64,000 bases of DNA, from positions 4,481-68,480 of the forward strand of contig JABIYR010000087.1 of the NCBI GenBank assembly GCA_018702695.1, written 5' to 3'. The DNA comes from Nitrospina sp. GTDB taxonomy: Bacteria > Nitrospinota > Nitrospinia > Nitrospinales > VA-1. Made by a program: the position numbers and the translations under genes. Every line of letters begins with the position of its first letter. Position 1 is the stretch's first letter. Shown piece by piece: positions 1 to 13,838 of the stretch. The notes beneath the pieces were generated by a model. It was not told the DNA's origin and did not search any database. It saw only the letters and a list, made by a program, of their open reading frames with translations.

Positions 1-3000
1 CTGTATGTAAAGATTGATCGCCGTCGCAAATTGCCTGCAACAATTTTATTGCAAGCTTTTGGCATGGATAAAAAAACCATTCTTGAAACTTATTACCCGA
101 TTGAAAAAGTAACTATCAGCAAGGATTCGCGGTTCTATATGAACAGCAAAAGCCTGTTGGTCGGGTTTAAGGTTAAGGGCGATATCATCGATCCTAAAAC
201 CGATGATGTGCTTCTTAAATCGGGCAAGAAGGTTACAGTTCCAGCTTATAAAAAAATAAGCCGACTGGCTAAGTCGCAGAAGGTTGAGATTGACTCAGAG
301 TCTATGCTGGGGCGTTACCTGTTTGATGAGATTGTAGATCCTGAAACAGGTGAGATCGAAGTTGAGATGAATACTGAGGTCACCGAAGCGATTTTAGAGG
401 TGATTCAGAAAAACAAGCTCACCGAAATAAAAATTCTTCGTATAGATGAGGAGCTAACGGATACAGCGGTGCGCGATACTATGGTTGCCGCTAAGACCGA
501 TAGTCAAGATGATGCGATTCGTGAAGTTTATAAGAGGCTCCGCCCTGGAGACCCTCCAACACCTGAAATAGCGCGATCTTTGTTCAGCAACCTGTTCTTC
601 AACCCTAAGCGATATAATTTGTCTGTTGTGGGTCGGATTAAGATGAACCAGAAATTTGGTTTGGATATTCCGCTGGAAAACCGTTTGTTGAATTTGGAGG
701 ATTTGGCCGCCGTTGTAAAATATATCGTTGGTCTTAGGAATGGGATCGGCGAAATTGATGATATCGATCATCTTGGGAATCGTCGAGTTCGCGCGGTCGG
801 TGAGTCTTTGGAGAATCAGTTCCGTGTTGGAATGGTTCGTATGGAGCGAGCGATTATCGAGCGCATGTCGGTTCAGGATTTAGATGTGGCGATGCCGCAT
901 GACTTGATTAACTCTAAGCCAGTGACAGCCGCTATTAAAGAATTTTTTGGTAGCAGTCAGTTGTCTCAATTTATGGACCAGACCAACCCCTTGTCTGAGG
1001 TGACGCATAAGAGACGTTTGAGTGCGTTGGGGCCGGGAGGTTTGACCCGCGAACGAGCTGGGTTTGAGGTTCGAGACGTGCATCCGACTCATTATGGTCG
1101 TATTTGTCCGATTGAAACGCCAGAGGGCCCGAATATTGGTCTGATCGCTTCTTTGAGTACTTATGCCAGAGTGAATGAGTATGGTTTTGTCGAAACCCCA
1201 TATCGTCGGGTGGTGGACTCCATTGCCAAGGATGATGTTGAGTTTCACACAGCGCTTGTAGAGGATAAATACTTGATCGCGCAGGCAAATGTTGAGCTGG
1301 ATGACAATAAGAAATTTGTTGAGCCAATAGTTTCTGCTCGAAAAGGTGGCGATTTTGTATTGTCACAAAGCGAGAAAGTGGATTATATGGACGTGTCGCC
1401 AAAGCAGTTGATCAGTGTCGCGGCCTCCTTGATTCCTTTTCTTGAAAATGATGATGCAAACCGCGCGCTGATGGGGTCGAACATGCAACGCCAGGCAGTT
1501 CCACTTTTGCGGGCTGAGGCTCCCTTGGTGGGAACGGGTATGGAGGCCATTGTGGCGCATGATTCAGGAGCTATGGTCATTGCCGAAAATGATGGGGAAG
1601 TTATCAGTGTTGATGCAACCCGTATTGTTGTGCGTACCGAAAAGCGAACTGAAGATAAAATTAAGACAAAGCGCAGTCAATTGGGCTCGAATGTTGATAT
1701 TTATACATTGAATAAATACCAGCGATCGAACCAAAATACCTGTATCAACCAACGTCCTCGAGTGTATTCTGGCGATAAAATCAAAAGAGGGGATGTTTTG
1801 GCGGACGGTCCATCGACGGATCAGGGTGAGCTGGCTTTGGGGCGAAACATCTTGGTGGCATTTATGCCTTGGGGTGGTTATAACTTTGAAGATGCCATCA
1901 TCGTTAGCGAAAAACTAGTTAAGGAAGATGTGTACACCTCTTTGCATATTGAAGAGTTTGAGGTTGAAGCTCGCGATACCAAGCAGGGTAAAGAAGAAAT
2001 AACTCGCGATATCTCGAATGTCGGAGAAGAGGCTTTAAAAAATCTGGACGAAACTGGAATCATCCGAATCGGTGCTACGGTGAAACCCAATGATATTATG
2101 GTTGGGAAGATCACGCCGAAAGGTGAAACGCAATTAAGTCCAGAGGAAAAACTTCTCAAAGCGATCTTTGGTGAAAAGGCTGGAGATGTGCGCGACACGT
2201 CTCTTCGGGTTCCTCCGGGGATTCAGGGCACGGTCATTGATGTTAAGGTCTTTTCGCGTAAGGGAATTGACAAAGACTCGCGAACCCTTGCTATCGAAGA
2301 AGAGGAAATTTCACGCATCGAGAAGGATTACGATGATGAAATTAAGATCGTAAGAAATGAGACTGAAAAGAATATGCGCTCCCTCCTTGTGGGTAAGGAT
2401 GTGGCCAAAGCGGCCACAGTCGGTCGGGTTAACTTGGAGAAGGGGCAGGCAATTGATGAAGCATTGATTGCTAAGATGAGCATTAAGGATCTCGCTAAAG
2501 TTCCGGTTAAGAGTGCAGATGAAAAAGCACTTTTGGCGATGGAAGAGAACTCTAAGGGGCAGGTTCAGATCCTTAAGTCGATGCTGGAGGAGAAAATAGC
2601 CCAGCTCAAAAAGGGAGATGATCTGGCACCGGGTGTGATCAAGCTGGTCAAAGTGTTCATGGCGATGAAGCGTAAAATGCAGGTGGGCGATAAAATGGCT
2701 GGTCGGCACGGAAATAAAGGTGTTGTCTCAACCATCGTCCCGGAAGAAGATATGCCTTTTATGGAGAGTGGTCAGCCGATAGAGCTGATTCTCAACCCAT
2801 TGGGTGTGCCTTCGCGTATGAACGTGGGTCAGATTCTCGAGACCAATCTGGGGATGGCCGCAAAAGCAAATGGTGTCCATATGGCCACGCCGGTGTTCGA
2901 TGGGGCTCAGGAAGGTGAAGTTCGAGATCTATTGGTCAAGGGCGGTTGTTCGGATACGGGTGAGATCACCCTCATCGACGGTCGAAATGGGCAGTTTTTC

Positions 3001-3372
3001 CGCCAAAAAGTAATGGTGGGATATTTATATATGCTTAAATTGCATCACCTGGTTGACGATAAGATTCACGCTCGATCTACAGGGCCATACTCTCTGGTAA
3101 CTCAGCAACCCTTGGGCGGTAAGGCGCAATTTGGTGGTCAGCGGCTTGGGGAGATGGAGGTCTGGGCGCTGGAAGCTTATGGTGCGGCATATACTCTGCA
3201 AGAAATGCTGACGGTTAAATCCGATGATGTCGAAGGTCGTAAGCGGATGTATGAAGCCATAGTCAAGGGCGATACTCACTTGAACCCCAGCTTGCCTGAG
3301 TCATTCAACGTATTGGTTAAAGAGCTACAAAGTTTGGCCATTGATGTTGAATTGATCGAGTCGGGAAAATAA
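1..3372 (+). CDS. rpoB: DNA-directed RNA polymerase subunit beta, 5'-truncated by window edge
   Basis: Frame 1 is open from base 1 ([21 protein letters not shown] precedes the first Met of ORF 31..3372). Conserved blocks [39 protein letters not shown] and NMQRQAVPL. Followed by rpoC. Confidence 0.98.
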   Translation: MYVKIDRRRKLPATILLQAFGMDKKTILETYYPIEKVTISKDSRFYMNSKSLLVGFKVKGDIIDPKTDDVLLKSGKKVTVPAYKKISRLAKSQKVEIDSESMLGRYLFDEIVDPETGEIEVEMNTEVTEAILEVIQKNKLTEIKILRIDEELTDTAVRDTMVAAKTDSQDDAIREVYKRLRPGDPPTPEIARSLFSNLFFNPKRYNLSVVGRIKMNQKFGLDIPLENRLLNLEDLAAVVKYIVGLRNGIGEIDDIDHLGNRRVRAVGESLENQFRVGMVRMERAIIERMSVQDLDVAMPHDLINSKPVTAAIKEFFGSSQLSQFMDQTNPLSEVTHKRRLSALGPGGLTRERAGFEVRDVHPTHYGRICPIETPEGPNIGLIASLSTYARVNEYGFVETPYRRVVDSIAKDDVEFHTALVEDKYLIAQANVELDDNKKFVEPIVSARKGGDFVLSQSEKVDYMDVSPKQLISVAASLIPFLENDDANRALMGSNMQRQAVPLLRAEAPLVGTGMEAIVAHDSGAMVIAENDGEVISVDATRIVVRTEKRTEDKIKTKRSQLGSNVDIYTLNKYQRSNQNTCINQRPRVYSGDKIKRGDVLADGPSTDQGELALGRNILVAFMPWGGYNFEDAIIVSEKLVKEDVYTSLHIEEFEVEARDTKQGKEEITRDISNVGEEALKNLDETGIIRIGATVKPNDIMVGKITPKGETQLSPEEKLLKAIFGEKAGDVRDTSLRVPPGIQGTVIDVKVFSRKGIDKDSRTLAIEEEEISRIEKDYDDEIKIVRNETEKNMRSLLVGKDVAKAATVGRVNLEKGQAIDEALIAKMSIKDLAKVPVKSADEKALLAMEENSKGQVQILKSMLEEKIAQLKKGDDLAPGVIKLVKVFMAMKRKMQVGDKMAGRHGNKGVVSTIVPEEDMPFMESGQPIELILNPLGVPSRMNVGQILETNLGMAAKANGVHMATPVFDGAQEGEVRDLLVKGGCSDTGEITLIDGRNGQFFRQKVMVGYLYMLKLHHLVDDKIHARSTGPYSLVTQQPLGGKAQFGGQRLGEMEVWALEAYGAAYTLQEMLTVKSDDVEGRKRMYEAIVKGDTHLNPSLPESFNVLVKELQSLAIDVELIESGK

Positions 3373-3408
3373 CTCGACCCCGTTTCAAAGCCAATAATTA
3401 ATTTTTTA

Positions 3409-3437
3409 GCCCGCTGGATCACATCGATTCAGCGGGC
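3409..3437 (+). promoter_or_regulatory. Stem-loop in the rpoB-rpoC spacer (possible attenuator or processing site)
   Basis: 8-bp perfect inverted repeat GCCCGCTG (3409-3416) / CAGCGGGC (3430-3437) with a 13-nt loop. No U-tract follows, so it is not a canonical intrinsic terminator. Confidence 0.3.
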
Positions 3438-3497
3438 ACAAAATATAAGTGATCATTTCAGTGGTTTGCGAGAACCTCTAAAAAGGAGAAATCCCTG

Positions 3498-6400
3498 GTG
3501 GATAGCCTGACACATTTCGATAAACCAAAAAATCCGATTATGTTTGATGCCATTCGTGTGCGGATCGCGTCCCCGGAAAAAATCCGGTCATGGTCTTACG
3601 GCGAGGTCAAGAAACCCGAGACAATTAATTACCGGACTTTTAAGCCGGAAAGAGATGGGTTGTTTTGTGCCAAAATATTTGGGCCGGTAAAAGACTGGGA
3701 ATGCACATGCGGTAAATATAAGAGGATGAAGCATAAAGGTGTCATCTGTGAGAAATGCGGAGTCGAGGTCATTCTCTCTAAGGTTCGTCGTGAGCGCTTG
3801 GGTCATATTGAACTGGCTACCCCGGTAGCGCATATTTGGTATTTCAAAGGTCTGCCAAGTCGTCTTGGGCATTTATTAGATATCCCATTGAAGGCTCTAG
3901 AGCGCATTATCTATTTTGAAAATTATGTAGTGACGGATCCGGGTGATTCGGATATGGAAGTGGGACAGATTTTGACCGAAGAAGAGTTCCGGGAGATGGA
4001 AATGGAATTCCCAGATACTTTTCGCGCTATGATTGGTGCTGAAGGAGTTGCAGAGCTTCTTAGGCCGATGAATTTGGAGGTCCTGTCTGTTGATTTGAAG
4101 GAGGAGATGATCACCACAAAATCGGTGATGAACCGCCGGAAAATTGCCAAACGCCTAAAAATTATTGAAGCATTCCGTAAATCAGGCAATAAGCCTGAGT
4201 GGATGATTCTTCAAGTTATTCCAGTTATTCCTCCCGAATTGAGACCGTTGGTTCCTCTTGATGGCGGTCGATTTGCTACTTCGGATTTGAACGATTTGTA
4301 TCGTCGCGTGATCAATCGTAATAATCGATTGAAGCGTTTGCAAGAATTGAAAGCACCGCAGATCATCATTCGCAATGAAAAGCGCATGTTGCAGGAAGCG
4401 GTTTCAGCTCTTTTTGATAATGGTCGAAGGGGCCGTACCCTGCGTGGAACGAACAAACGCCCGCTTAAATCTCTGAGCGATATGCTCAAGGGGAAACAAG
4501 GTCGGTTTCGTCAGAATTTATTGGGAAAACGCGTCGATTACTCCGGTCGTTCTGTAATTGTTGTGGGGCCACACCTGAAATTCCACCAATGCGGATTGCC
4601 GAAAAAAATGGCACTAGAGTTGTTCAAGCCGTTTGTGTTCAACCGACTTGAGCAAAAAGGGTATGCGGCGACCATGAAGACTGCGAAGAAGATGGTCGAG
4701 CAAGAACGAGCCGAAGTTTGGGAGGTTCTAGAGGAAGTGGTAAAAGGGCATCCTATTTTGCTCAACAGAGCGCCCACGCTTCATCGTTTGGGTATTCAGG
4801 CGTTCGAGCCACTTTTGATTGAAGGTAAGGCGATTCAAGTACACCCAATGGTGTGTACGGCTTTTAACGCTGACTTTGATGGCGATCAGATGGCTGTTCA
4901 TGTTCCGCTTTCTATGGAAGCGCGGACAGAATGTAAGCTGTTGATGATGTCTTCGAATAATGTGCTGAACCCCTCTAATGGAAGACCGATTGCTGTCCCG
5001 ACTCAAGATATCGTTTTGGGTTGTTACTATATGACCAAAGTTCGCGGCGGTGTCCAAGGCGAAGGCAAAGTATTTTCCGGGCCCAAAGAAGTGGTTGCGG
5101 CCTACAATGGCGATGAACTGGATTTGCAGGCCAACATAATGGTTCGATTGGGTGGCGTCTTAACGCAGACCACTACGGGTCGTACCCTTATGGGCGAAGT
5201 AATGCCAGAAGGTTTGCCTTTTGAGTTAGTGAATCGCTTGATGGATAAGAAATCATTGTCTGATTTATTTTCTAAGTCGTACCTCATGGTGGGTAGAGAA
5301 AAAACCGTAACCCTTTTGGACGAAATCAAAGAGCTTGGTTTTAAATACGCGACGCAAGCCGGTCTGAGTATATCTATTGACCAGATGCGTATTCCAAAAA
5401 CCAAGGTTCAATTGGTGGATAAAACCAATGAAGAAGTTCTCAAAGTTCATAAGCAGTATCGAGACGGTTTGATCACCAATGGCGAGCGATACAATAAGGT
5501 TATTGATATTTGGGCGCATGTTACGGAAAAAGTTTCTGAGGAGATGTTTAAAGAGCTCGAAACTGAAGATGAGTCCACCGTAAACGGCAGAACAAATAAA
5601 GATTTCAACTCAATCTTCATTATGGCTGACTCCGGAGCGCGAGGAAGCGCCCAGCAATTACGTCAATTGGCAGGAATGCGTGGGTTGATGGCTAAGCCTT
5701 CTGGTGAGATCATTGAAACCCCGATCACTGCGAACTTTCGTGAAGGCCTTTCGGTTATTCAGTACTTCATTTCAACGCATGGAGCCCGTAAGGGTTTGGC
5801 TGATACAGCGCTCAAGACTGCAAACTCCGGTTACCTCACCCGACGATTGGTTGATGTGGCACAGGACATGATTGTTCAAGAGGAAGATTGTGGAACTTTA
5901 AGAGGCATTGAAGCGATATCATTGGTGGAAGCTGGTGAAGTGATTCAGCCTCTGGGTGAGCGAATACTGGGACGAACCGTGTTGGAAGATGTGATTGACC
6001 CATTTACTGGAACGGTTCTCGCGAAAGCCGATAGTCTGATTGTGGAAGAGACGGTCGTGGAAATTGAGAATGCTGGAATCGAAAAAATTCAAATGCGCTC
6101 TTGTTTGACTTGTGAGTCAAAACAAGGGGTTTGTATCAAATGTTACGGACGCAACATGGCAACTCTCGAATGGGTTGAAGTGGGCGAGCCGGTAGGTGTT
6201 ATCGCGGCGCAGTCAATTGGTGAGCCGGGAACCCAGCTAACAATGAGAACATTCCATATTGGTGGAACCGCGAGTCGAGTGGTTGAGCAGACCACCTTGA
6301 ATACGAAGCGAGGCGGTGTCGTCAAATATATTGGTTTACGCACTCTGAAAAACCGTGATGGCGATATGATTGTTATGAATCGTAACGGTAGCCTGATTAT

Positions 6401-7586
6401 TGAGGATGCCGCAGGGCGAGAAAAAGAACGTTATTCGGTGGTTTATGCGGCAAAACTGAAGGTCGCGGATGGTCAGGAAGTGCAAGAAGGCCAGACTCTG
6501 ATTGAGTGGGATCCTTACACCAATGCGATTTTGACTGAAGTGTCGGGAACCATTGCGTTTGGTGACATTATTGAGGGTGTGACCATGAAGGAGGACTTTG
6601 ATGAAATCACAGGTCTTTCGACCAAGGTCATCATCAGTCACCGAGATGAGAAAAAACAACCGAGAATTTCGCTCAAGGACGAAAACGGAGAAACCGTACG
6701 TCGATATATTCTGCCAGCCGGAGCAAATATCACTGCTAATGAGGGTGATACTGTGAGTGCGGGTGACTTAATTGTAAAAATACCACGTGAATCGGCAAAA
6801 ACGAAAGATATCACCGGGGGTCTACCACGCGTAGCCGAGTTATTTGAAGCTCGCAAACCGCATGAGCAGGCAACGATTACAGAAATTTCCGGAACCGTAA
6901 AATATGGCGGTTTTGTCAAGGGAATGCGTAAGGTGATCGTTGTGGGAGAATCGGGCGATGAGTGTGAATATCTGATTCCGCGCGGCAAACATATCAATGT
7001 TCATGAGGGCGATGAAGTCATAGCCGGTGAGCCGCTGATGGATGGAGCTTCTAACCCACACGATATTTTGCGGGTATTGGGAGAAGATGAGTTGCAGAAA
7101 TATTTGGTGAATGAGGTACAGGAGGTCTACAGACTTCAAGGCGTGCAGATCAATGATAAGCATATTGAAGTCATTGTTCGTCAGATGCTCCGTCATTTGA
7201 TCATTGAAGACTCAGGGGATACAGAATTTTTGGTTGGCGAACAGGTCACTAAAAAGGTGTTCAACTTGGCGAATCAGGAGGCGATCAAAAACAAGAAAAA
7301 ACCTGCCAAAGGGGCCGCGGTTCTTTTGGGTATCACCAAGTCGTCACTCAGCACAGAAAGTTTCATTTCAGCCGCATCCTTTCAGGAAACCACTCGTGTC
7401 CTCACCGAGGTGAGTGTTAGTGGTAAACGTGATAATTTGGTCGGTTTGAAAGAGAATGTGACAATGGGACGGTTGATCCCGGCAGGAACGGGTTGTCGAG
7501 CCTACAGCGGAATACGCATAGAAGAACCAGAGATTGAAAGCCCTGAGCCAAAGGAAGAAGAACAGGCGCCAGTGGCCGCAGAATAA
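3498..7586 (+). CDS. rpoC: DNA-directed RNA polymerase subunit beta'
   Basis: 1362-aa ORF, GTG start preceded by AAAAGGAG. Zn-finger [23 protein letters not shown], catalytic [12 protein letters not shown]. Synteny after rpoB. Confidence 0.98.
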   Translation: MDSLTHFDKPKNPIMFDAIRVRIASPEKIRSWSYGEVKKPETINYRTFKPERDGLFCAKIFGPVKDWECTCGKYKRMKHKGVICEKCGVEVILSKVRRERLGHIELATPVAHIWYFKGLPSRLGHLLDIPLKALERIIYFENYVVTDPGDSDMEVGQILTEEEFREMEMEFPDTFRAMIGAEGVAELLRPMNLEVLSVDLKEEMITTKSVMNRRKIAKRLKIIEAFRKSGNKPEWMILQVIPVIPPELRPLVPLDGGRFATSDLNDLYRRVINRNNRLKRLQELKAPQIIIRNEKRMLQEAVSALFDNGRRGRTLRGTNKRPLKSLSDMLKGKQGRFRQNLLGKRVDYSGRSVIVVGPHLKFHQCGLPKKMALELFKPFVFNRLEQKGYAATMKTAKKMVEQERAEVWEVLEEVVKGHPILLNRAPTLHRLGIQAFEPLLIEGKAIQVHPMVCTAFNADFDGDQMAVHVPLSMEARTECKLLMMSSNNVLNPSNGRPIAVPTQDIVLGCYYMTKVRGGVQGEGKVFSGPKEVVAAYNGDELDLQANIMVRLGGVLTQTTTGRTLMGEVMPEGLPFELVNRLMDKKSLSDLFSKSYLMVGREKTVTLLDEIKELGFKYATQAGLSISIDQMRIPKTKVQLVDKTNEEVLKVHKQYRDGLITNGERYNKVIDIWAHVTEKVSEEMFKELETEDESTVNGRTNKDFNSIFIMADSGARGSAQQLRQLAGMRGLMAKPSGEIIETPITANFREGLSVIQYFISTHGARKGLADTALKTANSGYLTRRLVDVAQDMIVQEEDCGTLRGIEAISLVEAGEVIQPLGERILGRTVLEDVIDPFTGTVLAKADSLIVEETVVEIENAGIEKIQMRSCLTCESKQGVCIKCYGRNMATLEWVEVGEPVGVIAAQSIGEPGTQLTMRTFHIGGTASRVVEQTTLNTKRGGVVKYIGLRTLKNRDGDMIVMNRNGSLIIEDAAGREKERYSVVYAAKLKVADGQEVQEGQTLIEWDPYTNAILTEVSGTIAFGDIIEGVTMKEDFDEITGLSTKVIISHRDEKKQPRISLKDENGETVRRYILPAGANITANEGDTVSAGDLIVKIPRESAKTKDITGGLPRVAELFEARKPHEQATITEISGTVKYGGFVKGMRKVIVVGESGDECEYLIPRGKHINVHEGDEVIAGEPLMDGASNPHDILRVLGEDELQKYLVNEVQEVYRLQGVQINDKHIEVIVRQMLRHLIIEDSGDTEFLVGEQVTKKVFNLANQEAIKNKKKPAKGAAVLLGITKSSLSTESFISAASFQETTRVLTEVSVSGKRDNLVGLKENVTMGRLIPAGTGCRAYSGIRIEEPEIESPEPKEEEQAPVAAE

Positions 7587-7610
7587 ATTGAAAAAGCCCC
7601 TAGTTTTAGC

Positions 7611-7638
7611 TTGACTAACGGGATTTTGGTGGTACAAT
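7611..7638 (+). promoter_or_regulatory. Sigma70-like promoter for the str operon
   Basis: TTGACT (7611-7616), 16-nt spacer, TGgTACAAT extended -10 (TACAAT 7633-7638), about 120 nt upstream of rpsL. Confidence 0.45.
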
Positions 7639-7757
7639 TAACCCTTTTTCACACCTATATCTATCTGATATAACCCTTTGTTTTTATTGACTTATGAGGG
7701 TGTGTCAGCTTCATTCGGCAGGTCCTTATTGGGATTGCTTTTAGGGGAGGTATATTT

Positions 7758-8132
7758 TTGCCTACAATTAGTCAGTTAGTTAAGACCGGAAGGAAGAAGC
7801 CGACCCGGAAGAGTGACAGTCCAGCTTTGAAGGCTTGTCCGCAGCGACGCGGGGTTTGTGTGAGAGTTTACACGTCGACTCCTAAAAAGCCTAACTCAGC
7901 GCTTCGGAAGGTGGCTCGAGTGAGATTGACCAATGGAATGGAAGTGACGACATATATTCCTGGAGTTGGGCACAATCTGCAGGAGCATTCGATTGTAATG
8001 ATCCGCGGAGGTCGAATCAAGGATTTGCCTGGTGTTCGCTATCACGTAGTCCGAGGGAGTTTGGATACGTTGGGAGTAGAGAAGCGAATGCAAAGTCGGT
8101 CTAAATACGGAACGAAAAAACCCAAGAAATAA
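7758..8132 (+). CDS. rpsL: 30S ribosomal protein S12
   Basis: 124 aa, TTG start after [43 protein letters not shown]. Confidence 0.98.
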   Translation: MPTISQLVKTGRKKPTRKSDSPALKACPQRRGVCVRVYTSTPKKPNSALRKVARVRLTNGMEVTTYIPGVGHNLQEHSIVMIRGGRIKDLPGVRYHVVRGSLDTLGVEKRMQSRSKYGTKKPKK

Positions 8133-8144
8133 TAAATACTTATT

Positions 8145-8615
8145 ATGGCAAGAAGACGAGAAGCGCAAAAGAGAAAGATTACACCTGATCCTAAGTTCAA
8201 CGATATACTCGTTGCCCGGTTCATCAATTGTATATTGAGAGAAGGGAAGAAGGGGAAGGCGGAAGGTATATTTTACACGGCTTTAGATAACGTCGCCGAG
8301 AAGAGCAAGGAAGAGCCGTTGCGAGTTTTTCGTAAGGCGGTCGAGAATGTGGCTCCATTGTTGGAGGTTCGATCTCGTAGGGTTGGTGGTGCGACCTATC
8401 AGGTTCCTGTTGAGGTGAAGGAGAGTCGTCGGCTTGCTCTGAGTATGCGGTGGATGATTCAAAACGCCAAATCCCGCGCCGGGCGCTCAATGTCTGAAAA
8501 GTTAACAGGTGAAATCTTGGATGCCTTTAACAACTCCGGTGGAGCGGTTAAGAAGAAAGAGGAAGTGCACCGTATGGCTGAAGCAAATAAAGCTTTCGCT
8601 CATTATCGATGGTAA
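8145..8615 (+). CDS. rpsG: 30S ribosomal protein S7
   Basis: 156 aa, [18 protein letters not shown] and C-terminal [10 protein letters not shown]. Synteny. Confidence 0.98.
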   Translation: MARRREAQKRKITPDPKFNDILVARFINCILREGKKGKAEGIFYTALDNVAEKSKEEPLRVFRKAVENVAPLLEVRSRRVGGATYQVPVEVKESRRLALSMRWMIQNAKSRAGRSMSEKLTGEILDAFNNSGGAVKKKEEVHRMAEANKAFAHYRW

Positions 8616-8634
8616 TTGGAGATAATTGTTTTAA

Positions 8635-10722
8635 ATGAGTAAGAAGCTACAGCCTGATAAAACACGAAATATTGGTATCATCGCTCATATCGATGCGGGT
8701 AAAACGACCACGACTGAGCGTGTCTTGTATTATACGGGGAAAAGCCACAAGATCGGCGAAGTGCATGACGGTAATGCGACGATGGACTGGATGGAGCAGG
8801 AGCAGGAGCGTGGTATTACGATTACTTCTGCTGCGACAACCTGTTTTTGGTTGGATCACCAGATTAATATCATCGATACGCCGGGTCATGTCGATTTTAC
8901 TGCTGAAGTTGAGCGGTCTTTGCGCGTTCTTGACGGGGCTGTTGGTGTTTTTGATGCGGTTAGTGGGGTGGAGCCGCAGTCGGAGACAGTTTGGCGTCAG
9001 GCGACCAAGTATAGCGTTCCGCGAATTTGTTTTGTGAATAAGATGGATCGAGCGGGTGCAAATTTTCTTGGCTGTATTGAGCAAATGAAAGATAAATTGG
9101 GTGCCTATCCAGTTGCCATTCAGGTTCCGATTGGGGCTGAGGCTGAATATGTTGGCTTGGTTGATTTAGTCGACATGAAGGCTAACGTGTACTCGGATGA
9201 TAAGAATAAGGGTGAGACTTACGATACCGTAGATATTCCTGATGAGTATAAGGAGTTGGCGGAGGAGTATCGAGAGAAATTGATCGAGTCTGTTTCGGAC
9301 GTGGATGATTCCATTATGGAGAAATTTCTAGCGGGTGAAGAGGTGTCTCGTGATGAAATTGTTGCTGCGTTGAGAAAGGGGACTCTTGATAATGTTTTCA
9401 CTCCTATTTTATGTGGTGCGGCGTTTAAGAATAAGGGTGTGCAACAGCTATTGAACGCCGTTGTAGCTTTTTTGCCATCGCCTCGGGAGTTGAAGGCGAT
9501 TGTGGGTTCTAATCCTAATACGCAGCAAGAAGAGTCAAGGAAGCTGGATGTTAAGGAGCCTCTTTCTGCTTTGGCCTTTAAAATTATGACCGATCCGTTT
9601 GTGGGTCAATTGGCGTTTGTTCGGGTTTACTCTGGTGAGCTGGTCAGTGGATCTTATGTTTATAATTCCACTAAAAATACGCGTGAGCGTGTAGGTCGAA
9701 TTTTGCGGATGCATGCGAATAAGCGGGAAGAGGTTGATTCGGTTCAGGCGGGTGATATTGCCGCGGTAATTGGTCTGAAAAAGACTTATACTGGGGATAC
9801 CTTGTGTGATCAAGATAAGCCGATTATTCTAGAGGCTATTACCTTCCCGGAGCCTGTTATTTCTGTTGCGATTGAGCCGAAAACGAAGGCGGAGCAGGAT
9901 AAGCTTTCCGATTGTTTGGTCAAGCTTCTGCAGGAAGATCCTACGTTTAGAGTTAAGGTTGACCCGGACACTAATCAGACTGTTATATCTGGTATGGGTG
10001 AGTTGCATTTGGAGATTTTGGTGGATCGAATGCGCCGTGAATTCTCTTTGGATGTGGACGTTTCCAAGCCGCAAGTTGCTTATAAAGAGACCATTACTAA
10101 GTCCGTCGAGCATGAAAATAAATATATTAAGCAGAGTGGTGGGCGTGGTCAGTATGGTCATGTTGTGATAGTTGTTGCGCCGCGAGAAGCGGGCTCTGGT
10201 TTTGAATTTGTGAATAAAATTGTTGGGGGTGCTATTCCTCGTGAGTTCATACCTGCTGTGCAAAAAGGTGTGGAGGAGGCGATGGGTCGTGGTATCATGT
10301 GTGGCTACCCTGCTGTTGATATTTCTGTGACCCTTTTAGATGGTTCGTTTCATGATGTTGATTCATCGGAGATGGCGTTCAAGATTTGTGCTTCCATGGC
10401 CTTTCAGGAGGCTTGTCGAAAAGGAGCTCCTCAATTGCTTGAGCCGGTCATGGATGTTGAGGTGGTCACGCCAGAAGAATTTATGGGTGACGTAATTGGC
10501 AAGTTGAATTCCAAACGCGGTAAGATCAAGGATCTTGCTGATCGTGCTGGAGCTAAGGTGATTCGCTGTGAAGTTCCTCTTTCGGGAATGTTTGGGTATT
10601 CGACCGACCTTCGGTCTGCGACTCAGGGGCGCGCGAATTACTCGATGGAATTTTCGAAATATGATGGCGTTCCGGCGGCAATTGCGGAAGAGTTGGTCGC
10701 TAAGGCGAACGGATCAAAATAA
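8635..10722 (+). CDS. fusA: Elongation factor G
   Basis: 695 aa, G-domain [19 protein letters not shown] and DTPGHVDF. Lies between rpsG and tuf. Confidence 0.98.
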   Translation: MSKKLQPDKTRNIGIIAHIDAGKTTTTERVLYYTGKSHKIGEVHDGNATMDWMEQEQERGITITSAATTCFWLDHQINIIDTPGHVDFTAEVERSLRVLDGAVGVFDAVSGVEPQSETVWRQATKYSVPRICFVNKMDRAGANFLGCIEQMKDKLGAYPVAIQVPIGAEAEYVGLVDLVDMKANVYSDDKNKGETYDTVDIPDEYKELAEEYREKLIESVSDVDDSIMEKFLAGEEVSRDEIVAALRKGTLDNVFTPILCGAAFKNKGVQQLLNAVVAFLPSPRELKAIVGSNPNTQQEESRKLDVKEPLSALAFKIMTDPFVGQLAFVRVYSGELVSGSYVYNSTKNTRERVGRILRMHANKREEVDSVQAGDIAAVIGLKKTYTGDTLCDQDKPIILEAITFPEPVISVAIEPKTKAEQDKLSDCLVKLLQEDPTFRVKVDPDTNQTVISGMGELHLEILVDRMRREFSLDVDVSKPQVAYKETITKSVEHENKYIKQSGGRGQYGHVVIVVAPREAGSGFEFVNKIVGGAIPREFIPAVQKGVEEAMGRGIMCGYPAVDISVTLLDGSFHDVDSSEMAFKICASMAFQEACRKGAPQLLEPVMDVEVVTPEEFMGDVIGKLNSKRGKIKDLADRAGAKVIRCEVPLSGMFGYSTDLRSATQGRANYSMEFSKYDGVPAAIAEELVAKANGSK

Positions 10723-10770
10723 TAATTATCAGTATAAAAATATAATATAAAAACTTCGGAGTGAATCGGC

Positions 10771-11961
10771 ATGGCTAAAGAAAAATTTGTTCGGGACAAA
10801 CCCCATTTGAATGTTGGAACCATTGGTCATGTTGATCATGGTAAGACGACTCTTACTGCGTCAATTTCAGAAGTTCTGTCAAAAAAGGGATTGGCTGAAA
10901 CAATTGCCTTTGATCAGATTGATAAAGCGCCTGAGGAGAGGGAGCGCGGAATCACCATCGCGATTGCCCATGTAGAATATAATACTGAAAAAAGACATTA
11001 TGCTCATGTGGATTGTCCGGGCCATGCAGATTACGTTAAAAATATGATCACCGGTGCGGCGCAGATGGATGGTGCGATTCTGGTTATTTCTGCTAACGAT
11101 GGTCCAATGCCTCAGACTCGTGAGCATATTCTTTTGGCTCGTCAGGTCGGTGTGCCGAAGATCTGCGTGTTCATGAATAAATGTGACATGGTTGATGATG
11201 ATGAGCTTCTAGATTTGGTTGAGATGGAAGTTCGAGAATTGCTTTCAAGTTATGAGTATCCAGGTGATGACGTTCCTGTTATTCGCGGAAGTGCATTGCA
11301 AGCTTTGGAAAACTCTGAAGACGAAGAAAAGACAAAGTGTATTTGGGAGTTGATGGAAGCTTTGGATACTTATTTTCCAGTCCCAGATCGTCCTGTTGAC
11401 AAGCCTTTCTTGATGCCTATTGAAGATATCTTTAGTATCTCAGGGCGTGGTACGGTTGCTACCGGTCGTGTTGAGACGGGAGTCATTAATGTCGGTGAGG
11501 AAGTTGAGATCGTTGGTTTTAGGGATACTGTGAAAACCACGGCTACTGGCGTTGAAATGTTCCGTAAGCTTCTCGATGAGGGGCGAGCTGGAGAGAATGT
11601 GGGGATATTGTTGCGCGGTACTAAGCGTGAAGATATTGAGCGTGGTCAGGTTTTGGCTAAGCCCGGTTCTATTACCCCGCATACAAAATTTAAAGCGGAA
11701 GTCTATATTTTGACTAAAGAGGAGGGTGGGCGACATACACCTTTCTTTAACGGTTATCGCCCTCAATTTTATTTCCGTACTACAGATGTGACCGGTGTTG
11801 CCAGTCTGCCTGCAGGTGTGGAAATGGTAATGCCTGGTGATAATGTTGCGATGGAGATTACGCTAATTACACCAGTGGCCATGGCTAAAGAGTTGCGTTT
11901 TGCCATCCGCGAGGGTGGTCGTACGGTGGGAGCCGGAGTTGTTGGTGAGATAATCGAATAA
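10771..11961 (+). CDS. tuf: Elongation factor Tu
   Basis: 396 aa, [24 protein letters not shown] motifs. Stop overlaps the rpsJ ATG (TAATG). Confidence 0.99.
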   Translation: MAKEKFVRDKPHLNVGTIGHVDHGKTTLTASISEVLSKKGLAETIAFDQIDKAPEERERGITIAIAHVEYNTEKRHYAHVDCPGHADYVKNMITGAAQMDGAILVISANDGPMPQTREHILLARQVGVPKICVFMNKCDMVDDDELLDLVEMEVRELLSSYEYPGDDVPVIRGSALQALENSEDEEKTKCIWELMEALDTYFPVPDRPVDKPFLMPIEDIFSISGRGTVATGRVETGVINVGEEVEIVGFRDTVKTTATGVEMFRKLLDEGRAGENVGILLRGTKREDIERGQVLAKPGSITPHTKFKAEVYILTKEEGGRHTPFFNGYRPQFYFRTTDVTGVASLPAGVEMVMPGDNVAMEITLITPVAMAKELRFAIREGGRTVGAGVVGEIIE

Positions 11962-12269
11962 TGAGCGATCAAAAAATAAAGATCAAGTTAAAGGCTTATG
12001 ACCATAAGTTGTTGGATCGTTCGGTGGGGGAGATTGTGGAGACCACTCGGCGTACAGGTGCTAAAGTGGTCGGGCCAATACCTTTGCCTACAATGAAAAA
12101 CAAGTGGACCGTTTTGCGTTCCCCTCATGTGGATAAGAAATCACGCGAGCAGTTTGAGATTCGGACGCACAAGCGAATTCTTGAAATCCTTGAACCGACT
12201 CCGCAAACCGTAGATGCGCTCATGAAGCTGGATCTATCGGGTGGCGTTGACATTGAAATAAAGCTTTGA
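11961..12269 (+). CDS. rpsJ: 30S ribosomal protein S10
   Basis: 102 aa, [16 protein letters not shown]. First gene of the S10 operon. Confidence 0.98.
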   Translation: MSDQKIKIKLKAYDHKLLDRSVGEIVETTRRTGAKVVGPIPLPTMKNKWTVLRSPHVDKKSREQFEIRTHKRILEILEPTPQTVDALMKLDLSGGVDIEIKL

Positions 12270-12280
12270 AATAAAAGATT

Positions 12281-12901
12281 ATGAGTGTCTTAATTGGAAA
12301 AAAAATTGGAATGACCCAAGTATTTACGGATGGGGGCGATTGTGTCCCGGTTACCGTGGTGCAGGTTGAACGTTGTGTTCCTGTGTTGAAGCGTACGCAG
12401 GGAGAAGATGGGTATCAGGCTCTTATGTTGGCATATGGAACCCGAAAACCCAAACACACGAATAGACCTTTGAAGGGTTTTTATGACAAGCATAATGTAG
12501 AGCCTGCGCGTATTCTTCGAGAGTTTCGAAATCAGGATGTAGCGGATGATGCTCTTGGCAAACCACTTAATGTGGATGTCTTTAGCGAGGGCGACAAGGT
12601 TGAGGTCGTTGGGGCTTCGAAGGGGCGAGGTTTCGCTGGTGTTTTTAAACGTTTTAATTATGGCGGTGCGCCAGCATCTCATGGTCATCACGAGATTTAT
12701 CGTGGTACCGGTTCAATTGGTATGCATACTTATCCTGGGCGAGTTTTTAAGGGTACGGGTATGCCTGGTAGGATGGGTGGAAAAAATGTTTATGTGAAAA
12801 ACCTGAAGGTGATCCGTGTGGATGCGGAAAATAACGTGTTGTTGCTCAAGGGAGCAGTTCCTGGGGCAAATGGCGGTATCATCAGTATTTCTAAATCTTA
12901 A
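12281..12901 (+). CDS. rplC: 50S ribosomal protein L3
   Basis: 206 aa, [21 protein letters not shown]-like block. Synteny. Confidence 0.98.
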   Translation: MSVLIGKKIGMTQVFTDGGDCVPVTVVQVERCVPVLKRTQGEDGYQALMLAYGTRKPKHTNRPLKGFYDKHNVEPARILREFRNQDVADDALGKPLNVDVFSEGDKVEVVGASKGRGFAGVFKRFNYGGAPASHGHHEIYRGTGSIGMHTYPGRVFKGTGMPGRMGGKNVYVKNLKVIRVDAENNVLLLKGAVPGANGGIISISKS

Positions 12902-12918
12902 GAAACGAGTTTTCGGCT

Positions 12919-13545
12919 ATGTCGGATATAAATATAGTAGACAGTAATAATAAAAAAGTTGGGTCTGTTGAAGCTTCTCAGACTGTGTTTGACGTTAAGG
13001 CCCGCCCGCAGTTGGTGCAGAGGTATGTCACCATGCAATTAGCGGCCCGTCGAGGCGGCAACGCTGCGACCAAGCAAAATAAGGGCGAGCTTCATGGTAG
13101 TGGTAAAAAACCGTGGAAACAGAAGGGTACCGGTCGTGCGCGAGCGGGAAACAGTCGATCCCCGCTTTGGCGTGGTGGTATGACGGTTTTTGGTCCAAGC
13201 CCAAGAGATTATAGTTTTCAGTTGTCAAAAAAAGCTAAAAAACAAGCTCTTCGCATGGTTTTGTCAGAAAGGTTTAGGGATCAGAGCTTTATAGTGGTAG
13301 ACTCTCTAAATCTTGAAAATCCTAAGACAAAAGAAGCTTTAGCGTTAGTGACTAGTTTGGGTTTACCTTCCAGAACGCTTTTTTTGATTCCTGAGAAAAA
13401 CAAGAATCTGCAGTTGGCGGTGCGGAATATCCCTCAGACAGATGTGTTGTTGGTCGATGGTCTTAATGTCTTCGATCTCATGGTTCATGAGCGGATTGTG
13501 TGTACCCCTGAAGCACTTAAGAAGATTGAGGAGCGGTTAGTTTAA
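12919..13545 (+). CDS. rplD: 50S ribosomal protein L4
   Basis: 208 aa, KQKGTGRARAGNSRSPLWRGGMTVFGP. Synteny. Confidence 0.98.
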   Translation: MSDINIVDSNNKKVGSVEASQTVFDVKARPQLVQRYVTMQLAARRGGNAATKQNKGELHGSGKKPWKQKGTGRARAGNSRSPLWRGGMTVFGPSPRDYSFQLSKKAKKQALRMVLSERFRDQSFIVVDSLNLENPKTKEALALVTSLGLPSRTLFLIPEKNKNLQLAVRNIPQTDVLLVDGLNVFDLMVHERIVCTPEALKKIEERLV

Positions 13546-13832
13546 TGGATATTTATAAGATTATAGAGAAGCCGCTGGTTACGGAAAAGGGCACGGATAT
13601 GTTGGCAGATGGTAATTGGGTGATGTTTAGAGTGCATCCGGCGGCCAATAAGATTGAGATCCGTGAGGCAGTTCAAAAGATATTTAATGTAAAAGTCCGT
13701 CATGTCAATACGCAGGTGGTTCAGGGTAAGCGCCGACGTTTTGGTAAGGCCATGGGTCAGCTTAAAACTTGGAAAAAAGCCATGGTGCAGTTGCAAGAGG
13801 GCGAAAAAATTGAGATTTTTGAGGGAGTTTAA
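13545..13832 (+). CDS. rplW: 50S ribosomal protein L23
   Basis: 95 aa, IIEKPLVTEKGT and KKAMVQLQEG. Start overlaps the rplD stop. Confidence 0.97.
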   Translation: MDIYKIIEKPLVTEKGTDMLADGNWVMFRVHPAANKIEIREAVQKIFNVKVRHVNTQVVQGKRRRFGKAMGQLKTWKKAMVQLQEGEKIEIFEGV

Positions 13833-13838
13833 GTAGCG